Source: an uncultured delta proteobacterium (GTDB lineage: Bacteria; Myxococcota; Myxococcia; Myxococcales; Myxococcaceae). Taken from it: a stretch of 64,000 bases of DNA. Below the pieces are notes generated by a model. It was not told where the DNA came from and searched no databases. It was given only the letters and a program-made list of their open reading frames with translations. Positions 30,747-41,229 of this stretch are shown here, in pieces; the first letter of the stretch is position 1; each line of letters starts with the position of its first letter. The DNA lies in contig CAVYSY010000030.1 of NCBI GenBank assembly GCA_963771175.1, positions 1 to 64,000 on the forward strand. Direction: 5' to 3'. The translations under genes were made by a program, and so were the position numbers.

Positions 30747-32480
30747 ATGAGCTTCGGCTTTCCCTGGGGCCTGCTGGCGCTCGGCGCGCTGGTGCCGCTG
30801 GTGGCGGCGTACTTCCTCCGGCGCAAGCAGAAGCCGGTGGTGGTGAGCGCCCTCTTCCTCTGGCGCTCGCCCCGCCCTCGCGCCGAGGCCGGCCCCCGCT
30901 TCGAGCGCTTCACCCGCGAGGCCTCGCTGCTGCTGGAGGCGCTCGCGGTGGTGGCCGCGGCCCTCTTCCTCGCGGATGTGCGCTTCGGCGAGGCGGCGCG
31001 GGCGCGGCACCTGGTGCTGGTGGTGGACGGCAGCCTCTCGCTGTCCGCGCGCGGGCCCGACGGGCGCCCCGTATTGGAGAAGGTGCGCGCCGAGGCTGCC
31101 CGCCGTGTGGAGGAGGAGAAGGCCACGCAAGTGACGGTGCTGGTCAGCGGCACGGTGCCGCGCGTGCTGGCGGGGCCCGAGGCGGATCCCTCGCGGGCCC
31201 TGGCCGCCCTGGAGTCCTTCCGCGCGCTCGGAGCGGACCACGACGTGGCCCCCACGCTGCTGTGGGCGCAGGAACTGGCGGGTCCGGGCAGGCGGGTGCA
31301 CTTCCTCACCGATGCCATGCCCGCGCAGGGCGCGGCCGTGCCCCCGGCGGTGCGGTGGACGGCCCTGGGCGCGCCTCGGGACAACGTGGCGCTGGTGTCC
31401 GCGTGGCGCCGCGACGAGGGCTCCACGGCCACGGTGACGCTGCGGTTGGCACGCTTTGGCGCGGGGCCGGAGGAGACACAGGTGAGCGTGGTGGCCCGGC
31501 CCGGCCCTGGAGCGAAGGAGGGCACCGAGCGGCGCGAGCGCATGCGGCTGCCCGAGGCGGGCGCGGCCACGCTGCGCCTCACCTTCGAGAACGCCGGGGA
31601 CGTGGAGGTGTCCCTGCCCCCGGACGCGCTGCCCGAGGACGGCGAGGCCCGCCTCCCGCCCGCCCCGGAGCGTCGGGTGCGCGTGGCGCTGGCCGAGGGG
31701 CTGGATGCGCAGGCGCGCTCGGCGCTGGAGCGCTTCCTCGCGGTGGCCCCCGAGGTGGAGCAGGGTCCCGGCGAGGGAGCCGTGGTGCTCGGCCCTCGGG
31801 GGACGGACGCGCGGGTGACGGTGGGCGCGGGCGGCACGGTGCGCACCTTCGTGGGCCCCTTCTTCGCGGAGAAGGGCCACCCGTTGCTGGATGATGTGCA
31901 ACTGGGCGGCGTGCGCTGGGCGGCCGGCAGCGAGGCTCCCCCGGGTCGGCCCCTGGTGACGGCGGGCACCGTGGTGCTCCTCTCCGAGGAGGAGGGCCGC
32001 GTCCACCTCAACGTGGACCTCGCGCGCTCCAACGTGCAGCGCACGGCCGCGTGGCCGGTGCTGCTGGGCAACCTGCTGCGCGAGGCTCGGCGCGCCCAGG
32101 AGGGCTTCCCCCGGCGGCAGCTCTCCCTCGGCGAGCCCCTGTCGTTGGTGACGGTGGCGGGCGCTCGCTACACGCTGGCGGGACCCGAGGGGAACCGCCC
32201 CCTCTTCGGCGCGGGCGCCTTGAGCCTGCCCCCGCCCGCGGTGCCCGGCCGCTACGTGCTGGAGCGGGACGGCGAGCCGGTGGATGCGGTGGAGGTGCTC
32301 GCGCTGGATGCCCGCGAGTCGGACCTGCGCGGGCGTGGCGAGGGCGACAGGCCCGCTGAAGCCGAGGGCGATGACGACGGGGGCGAGTCCTCTTCAGGCC
32401 GGGCGCGCTGGCCCCTGCTGGTGCTGCTGGCGGCGCTGCTCGCGGACTTCTCCCTCACCCGGCGCGCGGAAGCGAAGTGA
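30747..32480 (+). CDS. BatA domain / vWA membrane protein
   Basis: MSFGFPWGLLAL..PLVAAYFLRR; LVVDGSLSL; C-terminal ESDL and TM helix. Confidence 0.85.
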   Translation: MSFGFPWGLLALGALVPLVAAYFLRRKQKPVVVSALFLWRSPRPRAEAGPRFERFTREASLLLEALAVVAAALFLADVRFGEAARARHLVLVVDGSLSLSARGPDGRPVLEKVRAEAARRVEEEKATQVTVLVSGTVPRVLAGPEADPSRALAALESFRALGADHDVAPTLLWAQELAGPGRRVHFLTDAMPAQGAAVPPAVRWTALGAPRDNVALVSAWRRDEGSTATVTLRLARFGAGPEETQVSVVARPGPGAKEGTERRERMRLPEAGAATLRLTFENAGDVEVSLPPDALPEDGEARLPPAPERRVRVALAEGLDAQARSALERFLAVAPEVEQGPGEGAVVLGPRGTDARVTVGAGGTVRTFVGPFFAEKGHPLLDDVQLGGVRWAAGSEAPPGRPLVTAGTVVLLSEEEGRVHLNVDLARSNVQRTAAWPVLLGNLLREARRAQEGFPRRQLSLGEPLSLVTVAGARYTLAGPEGNRPLFGAGALSLPPPAVPGRYVLERDGEPVDAVEVLALDARESDLRGRGEGDRPAEAEGDDDGGESSSGRARWPLLVLLAALLADFSLTRRAEAK

Positions 32481-33501
32481 GCAACTCTCCGCCTTCGGGC
32501 ACGAGGAGCGACTCCACCGCCGCTCGCGCCTTCTTGAAGCGCTCGTCCCACGAGCCGCTCAGCTTCACGTAGCGTCGGCCCCGCGAGCGCAGGGCGTTCT
32601 CGCAGCTCTCGAGGAACGAGGTGCGTTCGTCCGGCAGGTAGCGCACCGGGTCCGCCACCCACGGCACATCCACGTCCGTCAGCAGGTAGAGGTCGTAGTC
32701 ACGGCGCTCCGCCTCCTGGAGGATGGGCGCCGGGCACTCGCCGAAGAGCACCTCGCTCCAGATGCTCGTCTCCAGCACGTCGGTGTCGCAGATGAGGACC
32801 CGGTTCGCGCTCCGCGCCAGCGCGTCCTCCGCCGCCGCCTGCCCCCGTGCGATGCGCGGCATGTCCGCCAGCTCCACCTTGCCTCCCCGCGGCTCCAGCA
32901 GCAGTCGGGCGTACTCCGGCACCATCACCGTCTTGAAGTGCTCCGCCAGTTGCTTCGACAGCGTCGTCTTCCCCGTCGACTCCGGGCCGAAGACGCACAC
33001 TCGCCGAGCGAAGTAGGGCCGCACGCACCTCGGCAGGTAGTCCCAGTGTTTCCACGGGTCATTCCGGATTGCCGTGCCACTCACCGGCACCGCCCCCCGC
33101 GCGATGTCCACCGGGATGAACTCGGCCCCCAACACCTCGGCCAGCTTCGCGCCGTACTCCTCGGAGGCGAACACGTAGTCCGGCCGGCCCGGCAGCACCC
33201 GCCGCAGGCTGTCTCGCCAGATGTCCCAGAACTGGGGGTGCTCGTGGGGGTACTGCGGGTTCTCGTCCGTCAGGTGCACCACCCGCGTGTCCGGGAAGAG
33301 CTCGCGCATCCACCCGTGGCGCAGCTCCCCGGGAATGGGCTCGGCCTTCAGCGTGCCCACCACCACCGTGAGGTCCGCCACGTACTCGCGCGCGAACTCC
33401 ACCAGGAAGACGTGCCCGAGATGCGGCGGCATGAACTTCCCGAGCACCATGCCCGTCCCCTGGCGCACGCTGCTCGCCCCTCGAATGCTCCTCGTGCTCA
33501 T
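32455..33501 (-). CDS. NadR-like bifunctional nucleotidyltransferase / ribosylnicotinamide kinase-type protein (no HTH)
   Basis: GKFMPPHLGH (HxGH), SGTAIR, GPESTGKTT Walker A, PEYAR, LICDTD, WVADPVR. Confidence 0.88.
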   Translation of the reverse strand: MSTRSIRGASSVRQGTGMVLGKFMPPHLGHVFLVEFAREYVADLTVVVGTLKAEPIPGELRHGWMRELFPDTRVVHLTDENPQYPHEHPQFWDIWRDSLRRVLPGRPDYVFASEEYGAKLAEVLGAEFIPVDIARGAVPVSGTAIRNDPWKHWDYLPRCVRPYFARRVCVFGPESTGKTTLSKQLAEHFKTVMVPEYARLLLEPRGGKVELADMPRIARGQAAAEDALARSANRVLICDTDVLETSIWSEVLFGECPAPILQEAERRDYDLYLLTDVDVPWVADPVRYLPDERTSFLESCENALRSRGRRYVKLSGSWDERFKKARAAVESLLVPEGGELLTSLPRAG

Positions 33502-36500
33502 GCTGTGCCCTCTGCTTCCCGCGCGAACGTATACCCAAGATAGGTGTGCAGCAGCGCCTCGGTGACCGGTGGGCACGAGAGCCCCGAGCCCTCCAGCCCC
33601 GCGCGCGCGTGCTCCATGCCGAATTCCGCCCCCGTCGCCTGGAAGAGATCCATCGTCCGGTGTCGCTCGAAGGCGCCCCCGGACAGGCCCCGGCAGAGCG
33701 CCAGGTACGCGGCGGCCTCGGATGAGCCCACCTCCTCCCGTGCGAGCGCGGCGAGCCGGGCCCGCCACTCCTCCTCGGAGACGGTGGCGAGGGGGATTCC
33801 AAAGGAGCGCAGGGCGTCCACCAGCACGGGCAGCGACAATGGCCGGGGATTGGCGAGGTGGAAGGTGGACGAGCCCTCCGCCGGGGCCGCGTGCAGGGAC
33901 AGGTGGGCCACCGCCGCGGCGGCGTAGTCCACGGGGGTGATGTCGACCGCGAGCCCCTCGCCCGCACCGCGCGGGATGCAGCCGAGCGAGGCCACCCCTC
34001 GGAAGAACAGGGACAGGAAGTCGCTCGCGGAGGCGCGCCCCGTGCGCGTGTCGCCCGTGATGAGGCCCAGCCGGTAGTACGTGATGGGCCCGGCCTCGCC
34101 CCGAGCGGAGCGCAGGAGCGCCTCGGCCGCCCACTTGCTCTGCGCATACCCGCCGAAGATGCGCTGGGGGCCCTCCAGTGCGTCCGTCTCCTCCAGGCGC
34201 CCGGTATTCCTGTCCGTCGACACGAACACCGACAGGGTGGAGATGTGGTGCAGCGACTTGCGTGCCCCTTCCGCCTGCAGGCGCAGCACCTGCTCGGTGC
34301 CTCCGACGTTCGCCTCGCGCAGCGCGCGGTACGGGAGCACCATGTTGACGTGGGCCGCGCAGTGGTAGATGTGGCCGACCTCGCGAGTGAGCCGCTCCCA
34401 CTCGAGCTCGTCGAGCCCCCAGCGCGGGCGTGCCAGGTCTCCCCGGAGCGCTACCAGACGCGCGGCCTCCTCCCGCGAGGGCGGCGTGCCTTGTGCCTCG
34501 AGTGCGCCCAGCAGGCGCTCCCGGGCTTCCTGGTCATCCCGGGCCCGCACGAGGCAGAGCACCCGGGCCTTGGTGCGCCGGAGCAGCTCGTGCAGCAGCC
34601 GCGAGCCGAAGAACCCCGTGGCTCCCGTGAGCAGCAGGTCTCCACCAGGAGATGCCGCTGGCCGCTCGCGGGCGGTGTGCAGGAGGGCCTCCCAACCGGG
34701 CCCCAGTGCGACGTCCGCGCGCAGTTCGTCCGCGCTCATGCCTCCATCCGTGGACGGCTGCTCCGGTCCTCCGGCTCCCATGTGGGCCAGCAGCTCGGAG
34801 ATGGTCGGGTGCGCGAGCATCGCGGCTGGACGGAGGGGGAGCCCGAGCGCCTCGGCCGCCGCGACGACCTGAAGCACCCCGAGCGAGTCCCCGCCGAGCG
34901 CGAAGAAGTCGTCCGTCACGCCCACGGGCGCCACGCCCAGCACATCCTCCCAGAGCTCACACAGCAGCCGCTCCGGCCCGGTGGCGGGAGGGACCACTCC
35001 GTCCGCCTCCCGCCGGGCCGAGAGTGGCAGGCGCGAGAGCACCTCGAAGTCCACCTTCCCCGTCACGGTGCGGGGCAGGCGCTCCAGCGGCTCGAAGCGC
35101 TGCGGTAGCATCCACCGGGGCAGCACGCCCGACAGGTGCGCGCGCAGCGCGTCCGGCGCGGGAGTCTCCCCGGGGAGGCGGGGCACGACGAACGCCACCA
35201 GCACGGCGCGCGCCTTCTCCCCGTCCGGGACGAGCGGGCGCTTGAGGACCGCCACGTCTTGGATACCTGGATGGCGCAGCAGGTGCGCCTCCACCTCCTC
35301 CGGCTCGATGAGCAGGCCCCGGAGCTTGAGCTGGCGATCCACGCGGCCGAGGAATTCCAGCTCCCCGTTCGGGTGCTCCACCACACGGTCGCTCGTGCGG
35401 TAGAGGCGCTCGCCGCCCCGCTCGACGAAGCGGGCCGCGGTGAGCTCGGGGCGGTTCACGTACCCGCGCGCCAGCCCCACGCCTCCGAGGTACAGCTCCC
35501 CGGGAGTGCCCGGTGGCACGGGCTCGCCTCGCGCATCGAGCACATGCCAGGACATGTTGGGAATGGGCTGACCGAGCAGCGGGCGCGTCCACGTCTCCGG
35601 ATCGCACGCGCAGAGGCTGGTGCAGATGGTGGCCTCGGTGGGGCCGTAGACGTTCACCACGCGCAGGTGACGTGCCCAGCGTCGGACCACCTCGGGAGGA
35701 CAGGGCTCTCCGCCGATGACGAGGACCCGCAGGGTGGCGGCCAGGGCCTCCGGCTCGAACATCCGCAGGAGCGAGGGGGGCAGGTCCGCGTGCGTGATGC
35801 GCCACCCGTTGAGCAGCGCCACGAGTCCCGGCCCGGGCTGGAGCGCGTGCGCGGGTGGCAGGCAGAGCGTCGCGCCGGACAAGAGCGCCGTGCCGATGTC
35901 GGACAGCGACGCGTCGAAGCTCGTCGACAGGTAGAGGATGGCGCGGCTCGTCTCGTCGAGCGCGAAGGCTTCGATCTGCGCGAGCAGCAGGTTGACGAGC
36001 CCCCGGTGCGGTACGAGCACGCCCTTGGGTGTACCCGTGGTGCCGGAGGTGTAGATGACGTAGGCGAGGTCCTCGGGGTGCGAGGACCCGCTCGGAGTCT
36101 CGCCGGTCGGAGCGCTCTCCGGCACGTCCTCGAGCCGCACGACGCGGGCCTCCACTCCTTCCAGCCGGGGCTCCGCACCCCGCCGCGCCACCACCAGCCC
36201 GAGCCCGCAGTCGCGCGCCATGAAGTCAATCCGCGCGGGGGGCAGCGTGGGCTCCAACGGCACGAACGCCGCTCCCGCGGCCCACACACCCAGCAGGGCG
36301 ATGACGTACTCGGGGGACTTCTCGAGGAACAACCCGACGATGCACTCGGGTCCCGCCCCGAGCCGCCGCAGGTGCGCCCCGAGCGCGGTGGCACGCTGGA
36401 GCAGCTCCGCGTAGGTGAGGCGGTTGCCCTCCGACTCCAGCGCCACCCGGTGGGGATGCGCGGCGGCGACGGCTCGGAAGTGCTCCCAGAAGGTGCCGGT

Positions 36501-36512
36501 GGGCGGGCTCAG
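33498..36512 (-). CDS. Stand-alone NRPS-like enzyme: adenylation-PCP-thioester reductase (A-T-R)
   Basis: YVIYTSGTTGTPKG, YGPTEAT, GELYLGG, FFALGGDSL, LLTGATGFFG, YAQSKW. Start uncertain: CTG at about 36512 after GGAGG, or fusion to the upstream gene. Confidence 0.9.
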   Translation of the reverse strand: MSPPTGTFWEHFRAVAAAHPHRVALESEGNRLTYAELLQRATALGAHLRRLGAGPECIVGLFLEKSPEYVIALLGVWAAGAAFVPLEPTLPPARIDFMARDCGLGLVVARRGAEPRLEGVEARVVRLEDVPESAPTGETPSGSSHPEDLAYVIYTSGTTGTPKGVLVPHRGLVNLLLAQIEAFALDETSRAILYLSTSFDASLSDIGTALLSGATLCLPPAHALQPGPGLVALLNGWRITHADLPPSLLRMFEPEALAATLRVLVIGGEPCPPEVVRRWARHLRVVNVYGPTEATICTSLCACDPETWTRPLLGQPIPNMSWHVLDARGEPVPPGTPGELYLGGVGLARGYVNRPELTAARFVERGGERLYRTSDRVVEHPNGELEFLGRVDRQLKLRGLLIEPEEVEAHLLRHPGIQDVAVLKRPLVPDGEKARAVLVAFVVPRLPGETPAPDALRAHLSGVLPRWMLPQRFEPLERLPRTVTGKVDFEVLSRLPLSARREADGVVPPATGPERLLCELWEDVLGVAPVGVTDDFFALGGDSLGVLQVVAAAEALGLPLRPAAMLAHPTISELLAHMGAGGPEQPSTDGGMSADELRADVALGPGWEALLHTARERPAASPGGDLLLTGATGFFGSRLLHELLRRTKARVLCLVRARDDQEARERLLGALEAQGTPPSREEAARLVALRGDLARPRWGLDELEWERLTREVGHIYHCAAHVNMVLPYRALREANVGGTEQVLRLQAEGARKSLHHISTLSVFVSTDRNTGRLEETDALEGPQRIFGGYAQSKWAAEALLRSARGEAGPITYYRLGLITGDTRTGRASASDFLSLFFRGVASLGCIPRGAGEGLAVDITPVDYAAAAVAHLSLHAAPAEGSSTFHLANPRPLSLPVLVDALRSFGIPLATVSEEEWRARLAALAREEVGSSEAAAYLALCRGLSGGAFERHRTMDLFQATGAEFGMEHARAGLEGSGLSCPPVTEALLHTYLGYTFAREAEGTA

Positions 36513-37363
36513 GATGCGCCTCCGGCGGGAGCCGCCGCGGGGTGGACGTACTCCTCGAGCGTCGAGCCGGTCGAGCGGTTGTCCACGTCGGGAGCACCGA
36601 GACCCTGGCGGTGATCCTCGAGGTGGACGGAGCGGAAGTCGACGCTGAAGCGTGTGCGCCCCGAGGCGTGTGGTCGCGTGCGGTGCAGGTGCGCCGCGGA
36701 GAAGACGAGCACCTCGCCCGTCCGGCACGCGAAACCCCGCTCCTGGAGCCCGTCGAGTGGGACGAGGGACGTGGGGTACGCGGCGCTCGCCGCTCGCTTC
36801 GGGTTCTGCCACCCCGCCTGGGTGCGCCACGTCTGGTAGTCGAAGGTGGAGGAGGAGTTGGGCACCGGCTGGTCGAAGGCCTCGGGGAAGAAGGTGAACG
36901 TCTCCTCCTCGGTGCCGTCGTGGAGCGCGAGCCACCAGTTGAGCTGTGCCCGAGGATTGGCGTACCAGGTGTCGCGGTGGGCGAAGTAGACGGGCGCGGC
37001 CGCTTCAATCTCATGCCCCCGGTGCAGGACGCCGCGGAGCCGCGGCTTGTCGAGGGCGTACTCGTCCGGCGCCTGTCCCGCCGCCGCCAGCACCGCGCGA
37101 GCGCCCGCGAGGAAGCGCGCCTCCCCGGTCAGCACCTGGCGCACGCGCCCCAGGCGCTCGAGGTGCTCCGCCGCCGGTAGCCGGAACTGCGCCTCGCGCG
37201 GGTCTCCCACGTCCTGGAAGGTCTCCGCGAGCAGCTCGAAGACCTCGCGCGCCAGCCGCATCGATGCCTCGCTCGGGGCCAGCTTGAAGAGGGCCCCGGC
37301 GTAGAGCGCTTGCCGGAACTCCGTGGGGCGGGAGGGCGGTGGGGCGAAGGGGAGGGGGCTCAT
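36509..37363 (-). CDS. Fe(II)/2-oxoglutarate-dependent oxygenase-like protein
   Basis: HRDTWY (HxD), LNWWLAL, GEVLVFSAAHLH, TRFSVDFR. Confidence 0.7.
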   Translation of the reverse strand: MSPLPFAPPPSRPTEFRQALYAGALFKLAPSEASMRLAREVFELLAETFQDVGDPREAQFRLPAAEHLERLGRVRQVLTGEARFLAGARAVLAAAGQAPDEYALDKPRLRGVLHRGHEIEAAAPVYFAHRDTWYANPRAQLNWWLALHDGTEEETFTFFPEAFDQPVPNSSSTFDYQTWRTQAGWQNPKRAASAAYPTSLVPLDGLQERGFACRTGEVLVFSAAHLHRTRPHASGRTRFSVDFRSVHLEDHRQGLGAPDVDNRSTGSTLEEYVHPAAAPAGGAS

Positions 37364-37492
37364 GGACGCTCCGCCGAGGAAAGCACAAGGGAGGTGCTCC
37401 GATGAAGACGGGCCCCGGGGTCACCCCCCTTGGACGGCCAGACCCTGGTAGCATGGTGTACCTGTCTCCCCGGGAGCCCGGTTCCTCCACGC

Positions 37493-40242
37493 ATGAGCTT
37501 CTCCCTGCCCCAGGCGCTGGTGCTACTCGTGCCGCTGGGCCTCTTCCTGTGGAAGCGGGGCCGGCGCCCTGGCCCTCCCATGGCCCTGCGCTGGGCGCTG
37601 CTGCTGCTCACGGTGGGCGCGCTCGCCGGTCCCGAGCTGGTGCTCAGCCACGCGGGCAGTGACGTGGTGATGGTGGTGGACCGCTCGCGCTCCATGCCAG
37701 CGGACGCGGGACGGGTGGCCTCGGAGCTGGTGGGCCTGCTGGAGTCGCAGCGGCGGCCCGGGGACCGGGTGGGCGTCATCTCCTTCGGGCGCGAGGCTCG
37801 GGTGGAGCAGCCGCTGTCGCGAGGCGGGGCGCTTCGGCGGCTTCACCCGACCAGTGGACGCGGAGGCGTCGGACCTGTCGGCGGCGCTGGACTGCGGCGG
37901 GAGGCCTCATTCCTCCAGGCCGCACGGGCCGGGTGCTGGTGGTGTCCGACGGTCGGGCCACGGGCGCGGATGCTCGCGGCGCGGCCCGGCGACTGGCGGC
38001 CCGGGGCATCGCCGTGGACTTCCGCCACGTGGCCCGCGAGGACTCGCCGCTGGACCTGGCCGTCCTCTCGCTGGACGTGCCGGCCTCGGTGACGGCGCGC
38101 GAGCCCTTCCAGATGACCGGGGTGGTGCAGGCCTCGGCGCCCATCACCGGCACGGTGCGCCTGGAGCGCAATGGCCACGTATTGGTGAAGGGGCCCTTCG
38201 AGTTCCACACCGGGCCCAACCTGCTGCCCTTCCGCGACCTGGTGGACGAGCCGGGGCTGGTGGCCTACCGGCTGACGGTGGAGGCGCCGGGCGACGGAGT
38301 GGTGGAGAACGACGTCGGGCAGGCGGTGCTGCGCGTGGAGGGCCCGCCTCGGGTGATGCTGCTCACGGACCAGCCCGAGGGCACGCTCGCCAAGGCGCTG
38401 CGCTCGGCGGGGCTGCTGCTGGAGGTGCGCGCGCCCTTCCCCGTGACGATGGACGCGCTGGATGGCGTGGGCGCGGTGGTGCTGGAGAACGTGGACGCGA
38501 ACCGGCTGGGCGAGCCGGGGTTGAACGTGCTCGCCACCTACGTGGAGCAGGCCGGCGGCGGGCTGGTGATGACGGGCGGCCGGGCCAGCTTCGGCGAGGG
38601 CGGTTACCGCCGCTCTCCGGTGGAGCCGCTGCTGCCGGTGTCCCTGGAGATGCGCGAGGAGCAGCGCCGCACCGCGCTGGCCATGAGCGTGCTGATGGAC
38701 TGCAGCTGCTCCATGGGCATGCAGGTGCCGGACGGGCGCACGAAGATGGAGCTGGCCGCCGAGGGCGTGGTGGGGGCGCTCACGCTGCTCAACGAGAAGG
38801 ACGAGGCGTCCGTCCACATGGTGGACACCGAGGCGCACGAAATCTTTCCGCTGAGCCCGGTGGAGAACGGCCTGCCGCTGGACGAGGTGTCGCGGGGCTT
38901 CAGCGGCGGAGGCGGCATCTACGTGGGCGAGGCCCTGCGCGTGGGCCGGAAGGAAATCCTCCAGAGCGACAAGGTCACCCGGCACGTGCTGCTCTTCTCG
39001 GACGCGGCGGACTCGGAGGAGCCGGACGACTACCTGAAGACGCTGCGGGAGCTGCAGGGCGAGAAGGTGACGGTGTCCGTCATCGGCCTGGGGACGGAGA
39101 AGGACCCGGACGCGGAGCTGCTGAAGGAGGTCGCCGCGAGGGGTGGAGGCCGCATCTACTTCGCGGAGGACGCGACGAGCCTCCCGCGCATCTTCAGCCA
39201 GGAGACCATCGCCGTGGCGCGGGCCACCTTCGTGGACGAGCCCGCGTCGCTGGAGGCGGCGCCGGACCTGCCGCTGCTCGGGAGGCTGCCGGCGGTGGGG
39301 CTGCCCCAGGTGGGCGGCTACAACCTCACGTACCTGCGGCCGCGCGCGAGCGTGGCCCTGCGGACACTCGACGACAACGCGGCGCCGGTGCTGGCGCTGT
39401 GGCCGCGCGGGGCGGGGCGGGTGGCGGCCCTCATGGCGGAGGTGGACGGGGAGTTCACCGGCGAGCTGCGCTCCTGGAGCGGCCTGCGCGCGGCGCTGGA
39501 GGGCATGGTGCGCTGGACGATGGAAGGGGCGGGCGAGGCGGGCGAGGCGGTGGCGCGCTCGGAGCGGCGGGGCAACCTGCTGCGGGTGACACTGGACTTC
39601 GCGCCGGGAGAGGCCCTGCCGGGTGCGCTGCCCTCGCTGGTGCTGCTGCCTGGGGACGGGCGGGGCACGCCGGTGGAGGTGCCCATGCGCTGGGAGGACG
39701 AGGACCGGGTGGCGGCCGAGTACACCCTGCCGGGCAGCGGCACGTGGCACCCGGTGGTGAAGCTGGGGACGCGGGTGCTGCGGGCCCCTCCCGTGGCGCT
39801 GCCCTACGCGCCCGAGTTCGAGCCCGGCAACGCCCAGGAGGGACTGGAGGTGCTGCGCGCTGTCGCGGGCGTGGGCGGTGGCATGGAGCGGCTGTCCATG
39901 GCCGGCCTCTTCGCGGAGGCGCCGGAGTCGGAGGGGCGCGTGGTGCTGGCGCCGTGGCTGGTGGGGCTGGCGGTGGCGGTGCTGCTGTCGGAGGTGGCGG
40001 TGCGCCGCTTCCTCTCCGGTCCGAGGCCGAGGCGCGCGGTGGCTCCCTCGGCGGAGGCCGTGGTGGTGCCGGGCCTGTCGGCTTCGGCCGCCGTGCGCCC
40101 ACCCCCAAGGGAGAGTGGGAAGGGCACCGCGCCGGAGGCCCCAGCCGCCGCTTCGGGCGAGGCGACGCGCGAGACGGAAGGCGGCGTGGACTCGGCGCTG
40201 GAAGCCGCGCGGGAGCGGGCCCGGCGCCGCCTGAAGCGCTGA
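37493..40242 (+). CDS. Double vWA domain membrane protein (frameshifts near 37830-37900)
   Basis: VVDRSRSM, LVVSDG, LMDCSCSM, LFSDA, GGGLVMTGG, C-terminal TM helix. Confidence 0.85.
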
Positions 40243-40329
40243 GTGTGTTTCGCTCGATGATGGCCCAGGCGTAGAGTCGTCCGCCACCTCGGACAGAGGC
40301 GCGGGCCCGAGGTCGACAGGGGAGGGTAC

Positions 40330-41229
40330 ATGAGTCCCAAGAAGGTGGCCTGGGCACCGGGTGCCGGGTTCGAGGAGCCCTTCTGGCACCTCGCCGCACT
40401 CCAGGTCTCCTCGTTGTGGGAGGAGACCCGCGGCGAGGGCGTGGTGATCGCCATCCTCGATGGTGGGGTGGATGACGTCGTCGGCCTTCGGGGAGAGCGC
40501 ATCCAACATGTCGATTACCAGGGCCGGGAGAGCTCTCCCTGGGATGACAGCAACGGCCACGGGACCGCGTGTGCCAGCCTCGCCGCATCCAGCCACAAGC
40601 ACGCACCGGGCGTGGCTCCCGGGGCGAGCCTCCTCAGCATCAACGTCGCCGGGGTGAACGGAGAGCCCCTCCTCTACAAGGTGGAGTCAGGGCTGCGGGT
40701 GGCCATCGAGTCCGCGGACATCATCTCGTGCAGCTTCGTCATGCCGGAGGTCTCGCAGGCCATCTGGGATGTCCTCCGGGAGGCGCAGGCCCTCGGGCGC
40801 GTGGTGGTGGGCGCCGCTGGCAATGACGAGACGCTGACCTCCGCGTTTCCCGAGAACGTGCCCGAGGTCATCTCCGTGGCCGCGCTCTCGCGCCAGCTGA
40901 CGCCCCTCTCCGGCGGACGCTTCGGCCCGTTCGTCGACCTCGCCGCACCGGGTCAGGACCTCCGGGTGAGCACCTCCCTCGGCATCAAGAACTGGCGGGG
41001 CGCCACCTCCGGCGCGACCGCCCTCGTGTCCGGTGTCTGCGCGCTCGTGCTCTCCGCGGCGAAGAAGCACGGATTGAATGTCACCGAAGTCGGGCGCTCG
41101 CTCCCGGAGCTCCTCCTGTCCACCGCCACCGACCTGGGCGAGGTGGGGCCGGACGTCACGACTGGCGCCGGAATGATCAACCCCCCGAAGTTGCTGGAGG
41201 CGGTCCTCTCCCAACTTGGAGTCTCTTGA
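40330..41229 (+). CDS. S8 family serine peptidase (subtilase), no signal peptide
   Basis: IAILDGG, GHGTACAS, AAGN, GATSGATALVSG catalytic motifs. Confidence 0.88.
   Translation: MSPKKVAWAPGAGFEEPFWHLAALQVSSLWEETRGEGVVIAILDGGVDDVVGLRGERIQHVDYQGRESSPWDDSNGHGTACASLAASSHKHAPGVAPGASLLSINVAGVNGEPLLYKVESGLRVAIESADIISCSFVMPEVSQAIWDVLREAQALGRVVVGAAGNDETLTSAFPENVPEVISVAALSRQLTPLSGGRFGPFVDLAAPGQDLRVSTSLGIKNWRGATSGATALVSGVCALVLSAAKKHGLNVTEVGRSLPELLLSTATDLGEVGPDVTTGAGMINPPKLLEAVLSQLGVS

Noticed and set aside
37843..40602. Long antisense or alternate-frame ORFs (e.g. 37843..40602 -, 46710..48764 +, 50713..52962 -, 55983..58196 +)
   Set aside because: Shadow ORFs of high-GC coding sequence; the overlapping genes carry clear family motifs.
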